A DNA stretch of 37,813 nt from a virus, in the IMG/VR virus record IMGVR_UViG_3300042507_002672. One strand, 5' to 3'. The notes under the pieces were generated by a model. It was given only the letters and a program-made list of their open reading frames with translations, ran no database searches and had not been told where the DNA came from. Below are positions 1 to 6,454 of this stretch, piece by piece (position 1 is the first letter of the stretch; each line of letters starts with the position of its first letter). The position numbers and the translations under genes were made by a program.

Positions 1-132
1 GTCGCCGTCGCCGTAGCCGGAGCCGGAGCCGTAGCCGGAGCCGTAGCCGTCGCCGTAGCCGTCGCCGTCGCCGTAGCCGGAGCCGGAGCCGTAGCCGTAG
101 CCGTAGCCGGAGCCGTAGCCGGAGCCGTAGCC
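1..132. repeat. Tandem hexanucleotide array made only of gtcgcc, gtagcc and ggagcc (22 perfect units up to the window edge)
   Basis: Direct reading with D=gtcgcc, Y=gtagcc, S=ggagcc. Unit order is DDYSSYSYDY DDYSSYYYSYSY with no degenerate unit. Positions 1..86 are identical to 37728..37813. Confidence 0.95.
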
Positions 133-153
133 GTCATAAATTTTGGGTTCCAT
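1..153 (-). CDS. N-terminal part of a (Gly-X)n repeat protein (X = Tyr/Ser/Asp). It runs off the window start and continues at 37813..37524 if the molecule is circular.
   Basis: The ATG at 153..151 shares one base with the TGA of the upstream gene 153..524 (tgatg on the minus strand). The product reads MEPKIYD followed by GY GS GY GS GY GY GY GS GS GY GD GD and so on. It is missing from the ORF track because it is open at the window edge. Five of six frames are open across the repeat, so the call rests on the boundaries. Confidence 0.5.
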   Translation of the reverse strand, partial: MEPKIYDGYGSGYGSGYGYGYGSGSGYGDGDGYGDGYGSGYGSGSGYGDGD

Positions 154-524
154 CACTTGCCCCACGATTGGCCGCGCAAGCACTTTTCACCCTTGTTCGA
201 CGTTGGGATGATTTCGATTGCCTGCGTAAGAATAACGGTCGGTGTTTCCTCGGAAATCTTCGAGGCTTTATCGACGCCATTCAAAGCCACCTCATGCAGC
301 GTGTTCGCGCCCTGCCATTGCCAGATGCGCTTGGCTTCTGTCAGAACGACCTCCTGGCCATTGCGGGACTTCAAAACGCCCACATGCACGCCCGCCGAAT
401 ACGTGCGGACAACCACGTATTTTCCGGTGAACTCGCAGCACGACGAAGATTGCGCCGACTGATTGCCGCCGAACATGCACGCCAGTTTCCGGGCTTCTCC
501 GATAGTCAGATCATCAAGGTTCAT
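153..524 (-). CDS. Hypothetical early protein (123 aa)
   Basis: ORF track. It lies in the leftward operon 5 nt after the stop of the upstream gene. No family recognised. Confidence 0.7.
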   Translation of the reverse strand: MNLDDLTIGEARKLACMFGGNQSAQSSSCCEFTGKYVVVRTYSAGVHVGVLKSRNGQEVVLTEAKRIWQWQGANTLHEVALNGVDKASKISEETPTVILTQAIEIIPTSNKGEKCLRGQSWGK

Positions 525-528
525 AGGC

Positions 529-951
529 TTATTCCTTTTCTGCTTGAGGGGTAGGGGTAGGGCTTGGCAAGGACGCGCTTAGGCGCGTTGACGCTACAAA
601 CTTCTTGCCGGCCTCTGTAGTTGTGATCCACTTCCGCCATAAGCGGTCGGCCACCTGGAGCATCTTGAACCGATGCCGCATCTCGAATGACTGTTCGCCA
701 ATCGAGTGCTGTTCATGGTGATGCCACTCACAGAGCGGAATGGCAAAGTTGTCGCCTGGCTTCATGCCTACGCCGCCATCAGATCCACGGCGCACATGAG
801 CGGCCTGGATTTTACCACCGCATCCCGTGGGGTCGTTCTCAACACAGGCGCAGTTATAGCCGCGAATGTGCTGGAGGAATGACGGGCAACGAATCGGGGC
901 GTCCTCTTTCGGGGCCATCATGCGGGGGCGGGTTCTGCGCTTCGGTATCAA
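529..951 (-). CDS. Putative Zn/HNH-type nuclease (YbcO/DUF1364- or DUF968-like)
   Basis: Cys cluster (C..FL...C.C....C) followed by AHVRRGSDGGVGMKPGDNFAIPLCEWHHHEQH. This matches the AH...KP.D...PLC..HH..H pattern of small prophage HNH-like nucleases. It overlaps the upstream gene by 4 nt. Confidence 0.55.
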   Translation of the reverse strand: MIPKRRTRPRMMAPKEDAPIRCPSFLQHIRGYNCACVENDPTGCGGKIQAAHVRRGSDGGVGMKPGDNFAIPLCEWHHHEQHSIGEQSFEMRHRFKMLQVADRLWRKWITTTEAGKKFVASTRLSASLPSPTPTPQAEKE

Positions 952-1439
952 CGTGCGAACTCCCTCAGTTCAAAGTCAGTGCGGAGCGCGTCAAAGCGGG
1001 CGGCGGCTTCGGGGTCGGTGTCGAGGTTTTTCTTCTCTTTGATCGCCAATGTTGCCTTTAAGATTCGGTTGGCAGATTCGTAACCATCATTCGTTCCGCG
1101 CTGTGAGCCCATCACGCCAAGCCATTTCTGAACCTCAACGTCCTGGCACATCAGGAAGGCAACGCTCGACCGCTTACGCGCAGCCTTCTCGACCGCCACG
1201 GGTTCCACGGCCTTCTCTGGAACGGTAGGCGCATTAAGCGCCTCTACGTCCATCCTCGCCACCGCCACATGCACAGGGTTAGCCCTATCAGGAGCCCCGA
1301 ACAGTCGGAGGAACTCGTTTGAGTGTTCGATGGGAATGTCGATTGAAATTCTGGCCACCTTAAATCCGGCCATGAATTTACAATCGACGTAGACCCCTTG
1401 CATGACGGCGGGTTTGTCGGTCACTGGGTCACCTATCAA
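948..1439 (-). CDS. Hypothetical early protein (163 aa)
   Basis: ORF track, with 4-nt overlaps to both neighbours. No motif recognised. Confidence 0.65.
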   Translation of the reverse strand: MIGDPVTDKPAVMQGVYVDCKFMAGFKVARISIDIPIEHSNEFLRLFGAPDRANPVHVAVARMDVEALNAPTVPEKAVEPVAVEKAARKRSSVAFLMCQDVEVQKWLGVMGSQRGTNDGYESANRILKATLAIKEKKNLDTDPEAAARFDALRTDFELREFAR

Positions 1440-1825
1440 AAAGGCACGTCATCCTGGTACATATCGTCGCCACGGGTAGCGCGCCCACGATCCGCCACCG
1501 GCTTGTCATCCCGATTGCCGCCGCCGTGGAGTTTCACTTCCATCACCGAAAGCTCGATCTGACCGCGCGGCTCTTTGGTAGTCTTGTCAGCCCACACTCC
1601 AACAACGGGCTCGCCCACGACCTCGACCAGTGAGCCCTTGGAAAGCATTTCCGCCAACTTGGTAGCGCGCTTGCCGAAGATAGCGCATTTCACCCAATGG
1701 CTTTTCTTCTTGTCGCCATACCCGGTGTCGTAGGCCATTGACCAAGAACAGACCTCTGTTCCGTTGCTGAGTGTTTTCAATTCGGCGTCTTTGCCGAGGC
1801 GTCCTGTGCAGATAAATGTGGCCAT
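1436..1825 (-). CDS. ssb: Single-stranded DNA-binding protein
   Basis: OB-fold-type N-terminus (MATFICTGRLGKDAELKTLSNGTEVCSWSMA...). A Gly/Arg-rich linker is followed by an acidic C-terminal tail ending DDVPF, as in bacterial and phage SSBs. Confidence 0.9.
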   Translation of the reverse strand: MATFICTGRLGKDAELKTLSNGTEVCSWSMAYDTGYGDKKKSHWVKCAIFGKRATKLAEMLSKGSLVEVVGEPVVGVWADKTTKEPRGQIELSVMEVKLHGGGNRDDKPVADRGRATRGDDMYQDDVPF

Positions 1826-1836
1826 TTTGATTGCTC

Positions 1837-2493
1837 CTATTCGGCGGCTTGCTTGGAGTGTTGGCCGACCTTCATGTCGTAAGCAGCGGCGCAGCTTTCG
1901 TAGAGTTCCTTGGAGAGGCTCTCCAAGTTGGCCTTGTTGTCATCGTGGAGCTTGGTCGCGGCCTGGACGTCAGGAGCTTTCGCCATGCGTTCCACGAACT
2001 TCTTGGCGAATTCCTCGGGCGTCTTGGCTGTGAGCGTCCACGGAACGTCAGCGGACTTCGGAGCGGTCGGTTGCGCGGGCAGGCGTCCGCCGCCATTGCC
2101 AGACACGGCAGCGTTGCCATCGTCATCTTCATCGGAGCAGACGCCAAGCGCCGACGCCAAGCTGTAACGGCGGGCATATGTGGCGGCCGAGCCGAGCCCC
2201 TGCGCGTCCTGCTTGCCGGCAGGAACATAGAGCGGGCCGAACTCCATCCATTGCCCGGTTTTGTGAACAACGCGGGTAATGACAGTCACACCGCCGTCAG
2301 CGTTTCCGACCTCTTGCAGCACCGAAAGTCCGGCCTTTGCAAACGGAACGCGGATTGCCTCAAACACGCTGGCAAGGTCGGCATACTTCGACTTGAAGTG
2401 CGGGTTGGTCGCGTCTTTGACGGCGGGTTTCATTTCGCCCTGGGCTACGGCAAGCGCGGCGCAGATGGCGTCGATTGCTTCAGATGTTCTCAT
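1837..2493 (-). CDS. erf: Erf-family single-strand annealing protein
   Basis: Motifs NPHFKSKYADLASV and ATYARRYSL are typical of the ERF superfamily. Start chosen at MRTSEAID (ATG 2493..2491), which overlaps the TAA of the exonuclease gene (taatg) and has AAGGA upstream. The track ORF extends to 2535. Confidence 0.85.
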   Translation of the reverse strand: MRTSEAIDAICAALAVAQGEMKPAVKDATNPHFKSKYADLASVFEAIRVPFAKAGLSVLQEVGNADGGVTVITRVVHKTGQWMEFGPLYVPAGKQDAQGLGSAATYARRYSLASALGVCSDEDDDGNAAVSGNGGGRLPAQPTAPKSADVPWTLTAKTPEEFAKKFVERMAKAPDVQAATKLHDDNKANLESLSKELYESCAAAYDMKVGQHSKQAAE

Positions 2494-3362
2494 TACGCGG
2501 TTTCCTTCTTTGCTTTGAGTTCCTTGATCGTGCATCCACGACCGTCTTTGACGATTTCGATTCCGTGGCCGTAACCGCGGCGCATGTCGGGTTCCATGAG
2601 GGCCTTCAGATCCTTTGCGGCCTTCTCAAATTCCTTGGCTTGGTCGCGGAGCATCAGCCAATCCGAGGCGCGGACAGCCCATGTGTTATTGGCGCGCATA
2701 TCAACGTCTCGGGTCGGCGGAACGAGTTCCGGCGCGTTGATGGTCTTGGCCGTGTCAATCTCGATATCCATCACGACATGGTTCCAGAACACTTGTTCGA
2801 CCTTGATAAGGTGGGCGATGTAATCCTCGTCGCGCTCGACCTTGCGCCATTCGTGGCGATCCGAGCCGATGAAAACCGAGAGGTAGCAAGCCTGCGCGCC
2901 GTAGACGGCCATGTTGTGCTGTAGCTGGGGGAAGTAGCGCACCAAGGCATCATCGAACTTGGTGAACGAGTTGCAGTGCTTGCATTCCACAATGTCGATG
3001 GCGTCGTTATCGCCACCCGTGAACCCGTCGATATTGGCGCGCATGAACGCATGTTCGGGGTGGATGTGAGTGCCACCAGGCAGGACCGGCTTGCCGATGG
3101 CGTAGGAAAGCCACAGGCGGTTAAGAGGTTCGGTCCATGAGCCCATCTGGACAGGCAGAACCTTCGTCAGATCGTCGGACGCCTGCCGGCCAAGCTTCTC
3201 AAGGCGCAGAACTTCCAGTTCCTCGCGCACGCCCTTTGCGATTTTCACCGCGTCCGAGCCGCCGACGCCCAGCGCGCGGGCTGAGTGCCAGTCCGGCCCG
3301 TGGTCCAGTAGACCCCCCGCTTCCATATCCCCGATGTGCATGTTCATTTCCTTCTGTTTCAT
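2493..3362 (-). CDS. YqaJ/lambda-Exo-type recombination exonuclease (PD-(D/E)XK)
   Basis: GVGGSDA near the N-terminus, D...VECKH, and QLQHNMAV. This is the typical YqaJ viral recombinase exonuclease motif order. It sits directly upstream of the annealase. Confidence 0.85.
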   Translation of the reverse strand: MKQKEMNMHIGDMEAGGLLDHGPDWHSARALGVGGSDAVKIAKGVREELEVLRLEKLGRQASDDLTKVLPVQMGSWTEPLNRLWLSYAIGKPVLPGGTHIHPEHAFMRANIDGFTGGDNDAIDIVECKHCNSFTKFDDALVRYFPQLQHNMAVYGAQACYLSVFIGSDRHEWRKVERDEDYIAHLIKVEQVFWNHVVMDIEIDTAKTINAPELVPPTRDVDMRANNTWAVRASDWLMLRDQAKEFEKAAKDLKALMEPDMRRGYGHGIEIVKDGRGCTIKELKAKKETA

Positions 3363-3529
3363 CGTCGGGGATCGACCCCAACTCGTCAGTGCATCGCAAA
3401 TTCACGAAGCCGAGCACGGCTATACAATCCCAACCAAAGCGCGGAACCAGTACGGGATCCATCCCCATCTTTTGTGGAACTTCTTACGCATTGGCTTGCC
3501 TTCGATGAGACACATGGAAAGAGGTACGC

Positions 3530-3613
3530 TCACGTCACAACCCAAAGGGCAAAGAACAGACCCATGATGGCCAACAGGCTTAGAAAGTTGCCGGCGACTT
3601 GATAGAAGTTCAT
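3530..3613 (-). CDS. Possible 27-aa hydrophobic peptide (MNFYQVAGNFLSLLAIMGLFFALWVVT)
   Basis: Hand translation. The ATG lies 3 nt after the stop of 3617..3895 and the product is a single hydrophobic stretch. It is below the ORF-track size cutoff. Confidence 0.3.
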   Translation of the reverse strand: MNFYQVAGNFLSLLAIMGLFFALWVVT

Positions 3614-3616
3614 GGC

Positions 3617-3895
3617 CTACTCCGCCGCGTCCAGGCGTGCTTGTGCGTCGTTTACAAGGTCGACCCACATCTGAAGTTCTTCGTCTTTCAGTGAGATGCG
3701 CCACGTAACATTGTCACGGCGCTTTCCCTCGGGGAGTGCGTCACGCGCTGCGATATCTTCGGCAATCTCGCGGGTGATCCGGTCGCGGTTCATGTTCCCG
3801 ACGCGGACGCGTTGCTGGTATCCCATGGCGTCCAGCTTGGGGGCCGGATCAATAGCCGCCAGGATCGGTGCAAAAATCGGATGTACGTTGTTCAT
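3617..3895 (-). CDS. Hypothetical early protein (92 aa)
   Basis: ORF track, tightly packed in the leftward operon. Confidence 0.6.
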   Translation of the reverse strand: MNNVHPIFAPILAAIDPAPKLDAMGYQQRVRVGNMNRDRITREIAEDIAARDALPEGKRRDNVTWRISLKDEELQMWVDLVNDAQARLDAAE

Positions 3896-3898
3896 GGC

Positions 3899-4069
3899 CT
3901 AGCCCTCAATCCGTTCGCAGCCTGCGCCGCCGCGCCAGACCTGGGTGGCCGCGACGAACGCTTTGGTGCGAAGCCACTTGGCCCAATTCTTCGCCTTGCG
4001 TTCAGTCTCGAAGTAAGCGGAACGTTCGATTGCGCCGGTCTGGTTGGTAAAGGTGACTTCGTAGATCAT
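3899..4069 (-). CDS. Hypothetical 56-aa protein, first gene of the leftward operon
   Basis: Hand translation gives MIYEVTFTNQTGAIERSAYFETERKAKNWAKWLRTKAFVAATQVWRGGAGCERIEG. GGAGAG lies about 6 nt upstream of the ATG. The stop is 3 nt before the next ATG. It is below the ORF-track cutoff. Confidence 0.5.
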   Translation of the reverse strand: MIYEVTFTNQTGAIERSAYFETERKAKNWAKWLRTKAFVAATQVWRGGAGCERIEG

Positions 4070-4095
4070 GTGGGCTGCTCTCCGTCTGTGTGTTC

Positions 4096-4210
4096 GTGTC
4101 CAGAGATTGCGCCTTGTGCAAGCCAGTGTCCAGAACTATTTTGGCTCGCGGTGCAAAATAATTTGCAACCCCAAAAAAAACCGCTTGCAATCCCTTAGCA
4201 CAAGGCGCAA
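4096..4210. promoter_or_regulatory. Divergent control region with candidate operators
   Basis: A 15-nt inverted repeat, ttgcgccttgtgcaa (4107-4121) versus tagcacaaggcgcaa (4196-4210), matches 14/15 as reverse complement. A 9-nt direct repeat gtgtccaga (4096-4104 and 4126-4134) flanks the first copy. There are several TTGCAA/TGCAA words. Confidence 0.5.
4163..4191 (+). promoter_or_regulatory. Candidate rightward sigma70-type promoter
   Basis: TTGCAA (4163-4168), a 17-nt spacer, then TGCAAT (4186-4191). The predicted start would fall inside the 4196-4210 operator-like repeat, about 25 nt before the HTH gene. Confidence 0.35.
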
Positions 4211-4219
4211 GGTTCCGGC

Positions 4220-4429
4220 ATGACATTAGATCAATACCTGACACGCAACAAAATGACCGCAACCGAGATGGCTCAGACCCTCGGCCGCGCCATTTCCACA
4301 ATAACCCGCATCCGTAAGGGTGAAATCAAGCCGGATTTCGACACAATTCAAGAACTTGTCGATGTGACGGAAGGCCTGGTTACGCCCAATGACTTTTTTG
4401 TGATGCCGGCCAAGAAGACGCGCAAATGA
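4220..4429 (+). CDS. Cro/XRE-like helix-turn-helix regulator (69 aa)
   Basis: MTATEMAQTLGRAISTITRIRKGEIKP is a classic HTH segment. It is the first gene of the rightward unit, next to the operator-like repeats. Confidence 0.8.
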   Translation: MTLDQYLTRNKMTATEMAQTLGRAISTITRIRKGEIKPDFDTIQELVDVTEGLVTPNDFFVMPAKKTRK

Positions 4430-4438
4430 ACCAGACTA

Positions 4439-4671
4439 CCGCGCATGGACCCGCACTTGCGCGGCGCTCTCATGGGGTATCAGTCCCCGGCGCTCCCATG
4501 AGAGCAACCTTTTCAGACGCGTGCGCTGGCCCCCTGGCCCACGCCGCCCTCGGTAGTCACTCCGTCCACTGGTCCTCAGCTACCGAGGGCACCCCCATCC
4601 GTGATGCCCGGTTGGCATTGGCTGTTTGGCAGGGTCAGTACGCTGCCTGTGATCGTCTCCACGACTTGAGC
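4439..4671 (+). ncRNA. Hairpin-dense leader; candidate cis-acting RNA or small RNA
   Basis: Perfect stems found by eye: 4439-4445/4458-4464 (7 bp), 4466-4476/4495-4505 (11 bp), 4519-4523/4540-4544 with inner 4528-4531/4536-4539, 4546-4556/4580-4590 (11 bp), and 4628-4632/4643-4647 (5 bp). A 101-aa ORF also spans the region (see findings). Confidence 0.35.
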
Positions 4672-4729
4672 GCCCGTTACTTGCAACCGTGTGTAAGCTA
4701 CCCACGGAAGCCGGTAACGGGCCTTTTTT
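4672..4729 (+). terminator. Intrinsic terminator-like stem-loop plus T6
   Basis: gcccgttac (4672-4680) pairs with gtaacgggc (4714-4722), with an inner stem 4687-4691/4703-4707. The structure is followed after one base (c4723) by tttttt (4724-4729). Confidence 0.6.
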
Positions 4730-4756
4730 AGGCATAGAACACAAGGGGACGGGGGA

Positions 4757-4909
4757 ATGTTTAGGACAATCAAGCGTTTCTGGACCCGGTACGTACTACG
4801 ACGCGAAGCCGCTCGCCTTTCTACAACTGAGCGCGCGGCGCGGGGTGTGGCTCCGGTTCAACGGATTAACAAAGGCCGTCCCGTTCATGTTCCAGCGGGG
4901 AAAAAATAA
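4757..4909 (+). CDS. Possible 50-aa arginine-rich peptide
   Basis: Hand translation gives MFRTIKRFWTRYVLRREAARLSTTERAARGVAPVQRINKGRPVHVPAGKK. GGGGGA lies directly upstream of the ATG. Its TAA overlaps the ATG of the VRR-NUC gene (taatg). Confidence 0.35.
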   Translation: MFRTIKRFWTRYVLRREAARLSTTERAARGVAPVQRINKGRPVHVPAGKK

Positions 4910-5346
4910 TGTCGGCGGGCTTCATGATTCCGGCAGCTAACGTGAAGCGTGCCACGGCTAAGAAAGCACGGGCAAATGGGAAGCGGGCGCGTAGACGCCC
5001 CGAAGCTCTCATCCAAGAGAGCGTGTGCCAGTACCTTGCCCTTCAGGAGCGCCAGGGTCGGCTGCTCTGGTTTGCGGTCCCCAATGGTGGATCGCGCAAC
5101 CTGTTGGAAGCGGTGAACTTGAAGCGGCAAGGAGTTCGCGGGGGCGTTCCAGACCTGGTAATCGTGCCCAAGGTCGGACCTGTCTGCTTCATCGAACTCA
5201 AATCCAAAGATGGCACGCTGTCCAAGCTGCAAAGCCTCTGGCTTGAGAGCCTGTCTTTGTACGGATGCCCCGTAGCTGTGTGCCGGTCACTTGATGAGGT
5301 TATGCAATTCCTATTCGAGCAGGGCGTTATTCGAGAAGTCTTCTAA
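4909..5346 (+). CDS. VRR-NUC domain nuclease
   Basis: GVRGGVPDLVIV ... CFIELKSKDGTLSKLQSLW is the PD-(D/E)XK core (D...ELK...Q..W) typical of VRR-NUC proteins. Confidence 0.85.
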   Translation: MSAGFMIPAANVKRATAKKARANGKRARRRPEALIQESVCQYLALQERQGRLLWFAVPNGGSRNLLEAVNLKRQGVRGGVPDLVIVPKVGPVCFIELKSKDGTLSKLQSLWLESLSLYGCPVAVCRSLDEVMQFLFEQGVIREVF

Positions 5347-5407
5347 ACCTACCGTGCCGGATGCGACGGAAACAGCATTCATTAGCCATCAACACAAGGA
5401 AAACCGT

Positions 5408-5647
5408 ATGGCAAAGACAGAAAGAACGACGGACGGCCTACGTCTCGCTTTGTTCGAAGAACTCGACAATCTTCGTGCCGGCAAGACCACCCCGCAAAAG
5501 GCGAGCGCAATGGCCCGATTGGCGTCCACCATCGTCATGGCGAGCAAGCTTGATATTGAATATCAGCGGTTCGTATCTGCCGGCGAAAGCCAGCTGACTG
5601 CAGGAAGCCCTCGCGTCCCGAGCCTTAAGCTTGTGAAAGCCGCTTAG
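5408..5647 (+). CDS. Hypothetical protein (79 aa)
   Basis: Start taken at MAKTERTT (AAGGA upstream) within track ORF 5291..5647. Confidence 0.6.
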   Translation: MAKTERTTDGLRLALFEELDNLRAGKTTPQKASAMARLASTIVMASKLDIEYQRFVSAGESQLTAGSPRVPSLKLVKAA

Positions 5648-6103
5648 GTGATTTTGCCCCTCCAGCGTTGGCATGACCATCCGGGCGGCGTGTCCTTAGA
5701 GGACGCGCTTTTATTGGTTTGGTTGATGCCGGAATGGAATTGGATGCGCGATGAAGGCGTCCGCGCCGATTCTTTGCTGGAGGGGTTGCCGTCTCGGTTT
5801 AGATCGCACGAATTTAGGTTGAGCAAAGACCCAATGTTGCCGAAGCGCGCTGTTTCAAGCGCCGTGTCGCGCCCGTACGTGAGATGCCAAGCGTGCAATC
5901 GCAGAAAAATTGTATGGGCGGTCAATCACACCAGCAAACAGAACCACATACTTGCCGAGCTTCGCCGCTTTAATTCAGACATTTACGACGCGATTACGGG
6001 TCGGACGCACGTTGCTGTGTGTACGTGGTGTTCAAAGAAATACCGCGAAGAACCAGAGATGTTTTTGGTTCGATTGCTGAAAAAACAGGTCAAGGCCGCA
6101 TGA
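5648..6103 (+). CDS. Hypothetical protein with a CxxC...CxxC zinc-ribbon-like motif
   Basis: RCQACNRR and CTWCSKK lie about 55 aa apart. The start is GTG, directly after the previous stop. Confidence 0.55.
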   Translation: MILPLQRWHDHPGGVSLEDALLLVWLMPEWNWMRDEGVRADSLLEGLPSRFRSHEFRLSKDPMLPKRAVSSAVSRPYVRCQACNRRKIVWAVNHTSKQNHILAELRRFNSDIYDAITGRTHVAVCTWCSKKYREEPEMFLVRLLKKQVKAA

Positions 6104-6228
6104 CCACCTTCTTTGCCAGCGTCGTCATGGGTTACCTCGGCCTCTCAGCCTACACGCGGAGAGAGTTTTACAGGCTGCTTGTGGCTTTCCTAACTGGTGC
6201 AATCGCTGCTTATCCGTGGGGTGCTTAA
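6100..6228 (+). CDS. Small membrane peptide (42 aa)
   Basis: MTTFFASVVMGYLGLSAY...LLVAFLTGAIAAYPWGA has two hydrophobic segments. It has an ATGA overlap with the upstream stop. Confidence 0.4.
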   Translation: MTTFFASVVMGYLGLSAYTRREFYRLLVAFLTGAIAAYPWGA

Positions 6229-6323
6229 TGGACCTTCATTCATTTCTCGCCGGCTTCGCATTTATGGGCTTCCTGATGATGTTCCTGGCCGTGGGTCTAA
6301 TCATGTGGATGGGCAGACCATGA
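6228..6323 (+). CDS. Small membrane peptide (31 aa)
   Basis: Hand translation gives MDLHSFLAGFAFMGFLMMFLAVGLIMWMGRP. It has a TAATG overlap upstream and an ATGA overlap downstream. Confidence 0.35.
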   Translation: MDLHSFLAGFAFMGFLMMFLAVGLIMWMGRP

Positions 6324-6454
6324 CCGTCATCCAATGGATTTATGCCGATCAAGTCGATGCGTATCTGTCTCAAGGATGGATCGTAACCAAGATGATGGCG
6401 CACCACGGCGCGCGTAAAGCAGGGCGCAATTTTATGGCGGTTATAGAGTTATGA
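6320..6454 (+). CDS. Hypothetical 44-aa protein
   Basis: MTVIQWIYADQVDAYLSQGWIV... has ATGA overlaps at both ends. Confidence 0.4.
   Translation: MTVIQWIYADQVDAYLSQGWIVTKMMAHHGARKAGRNFMAVIEL

Noticed and set aside
1-132. The hexamer arrays at both window ends considered as a CRISPR array or minisatellite of a mobile element.
   Set aside because: There are no spacers and the units are 6 nt and contiguous, so it is not CRISPR. No transposase or inverted terminal repeats are present. The arrays are better explained as one in-frame coding repeat split by linearisation of a circular map.
1831-2574. 247-aa plus-strand ORF opposite erf, with several other plus ORFs across 157..3900.
   Set aside because: These overlap motif-supported minus-strand genes (SSB, Erf, exonuclease). 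The products are Arg/Gly/Ala-rich with no motifs.
4426-4731. 101-aa ORF with an ATGA overlap to the Cro-like gene.
   Set aside because: It is not called as a CDS. The product is Ala/His/Ser/Pro-rich without motifs, and the frame runs through six perfect hairpins and the terminator T-run. It is kept as an explicit alternative in the structured-leader finding.
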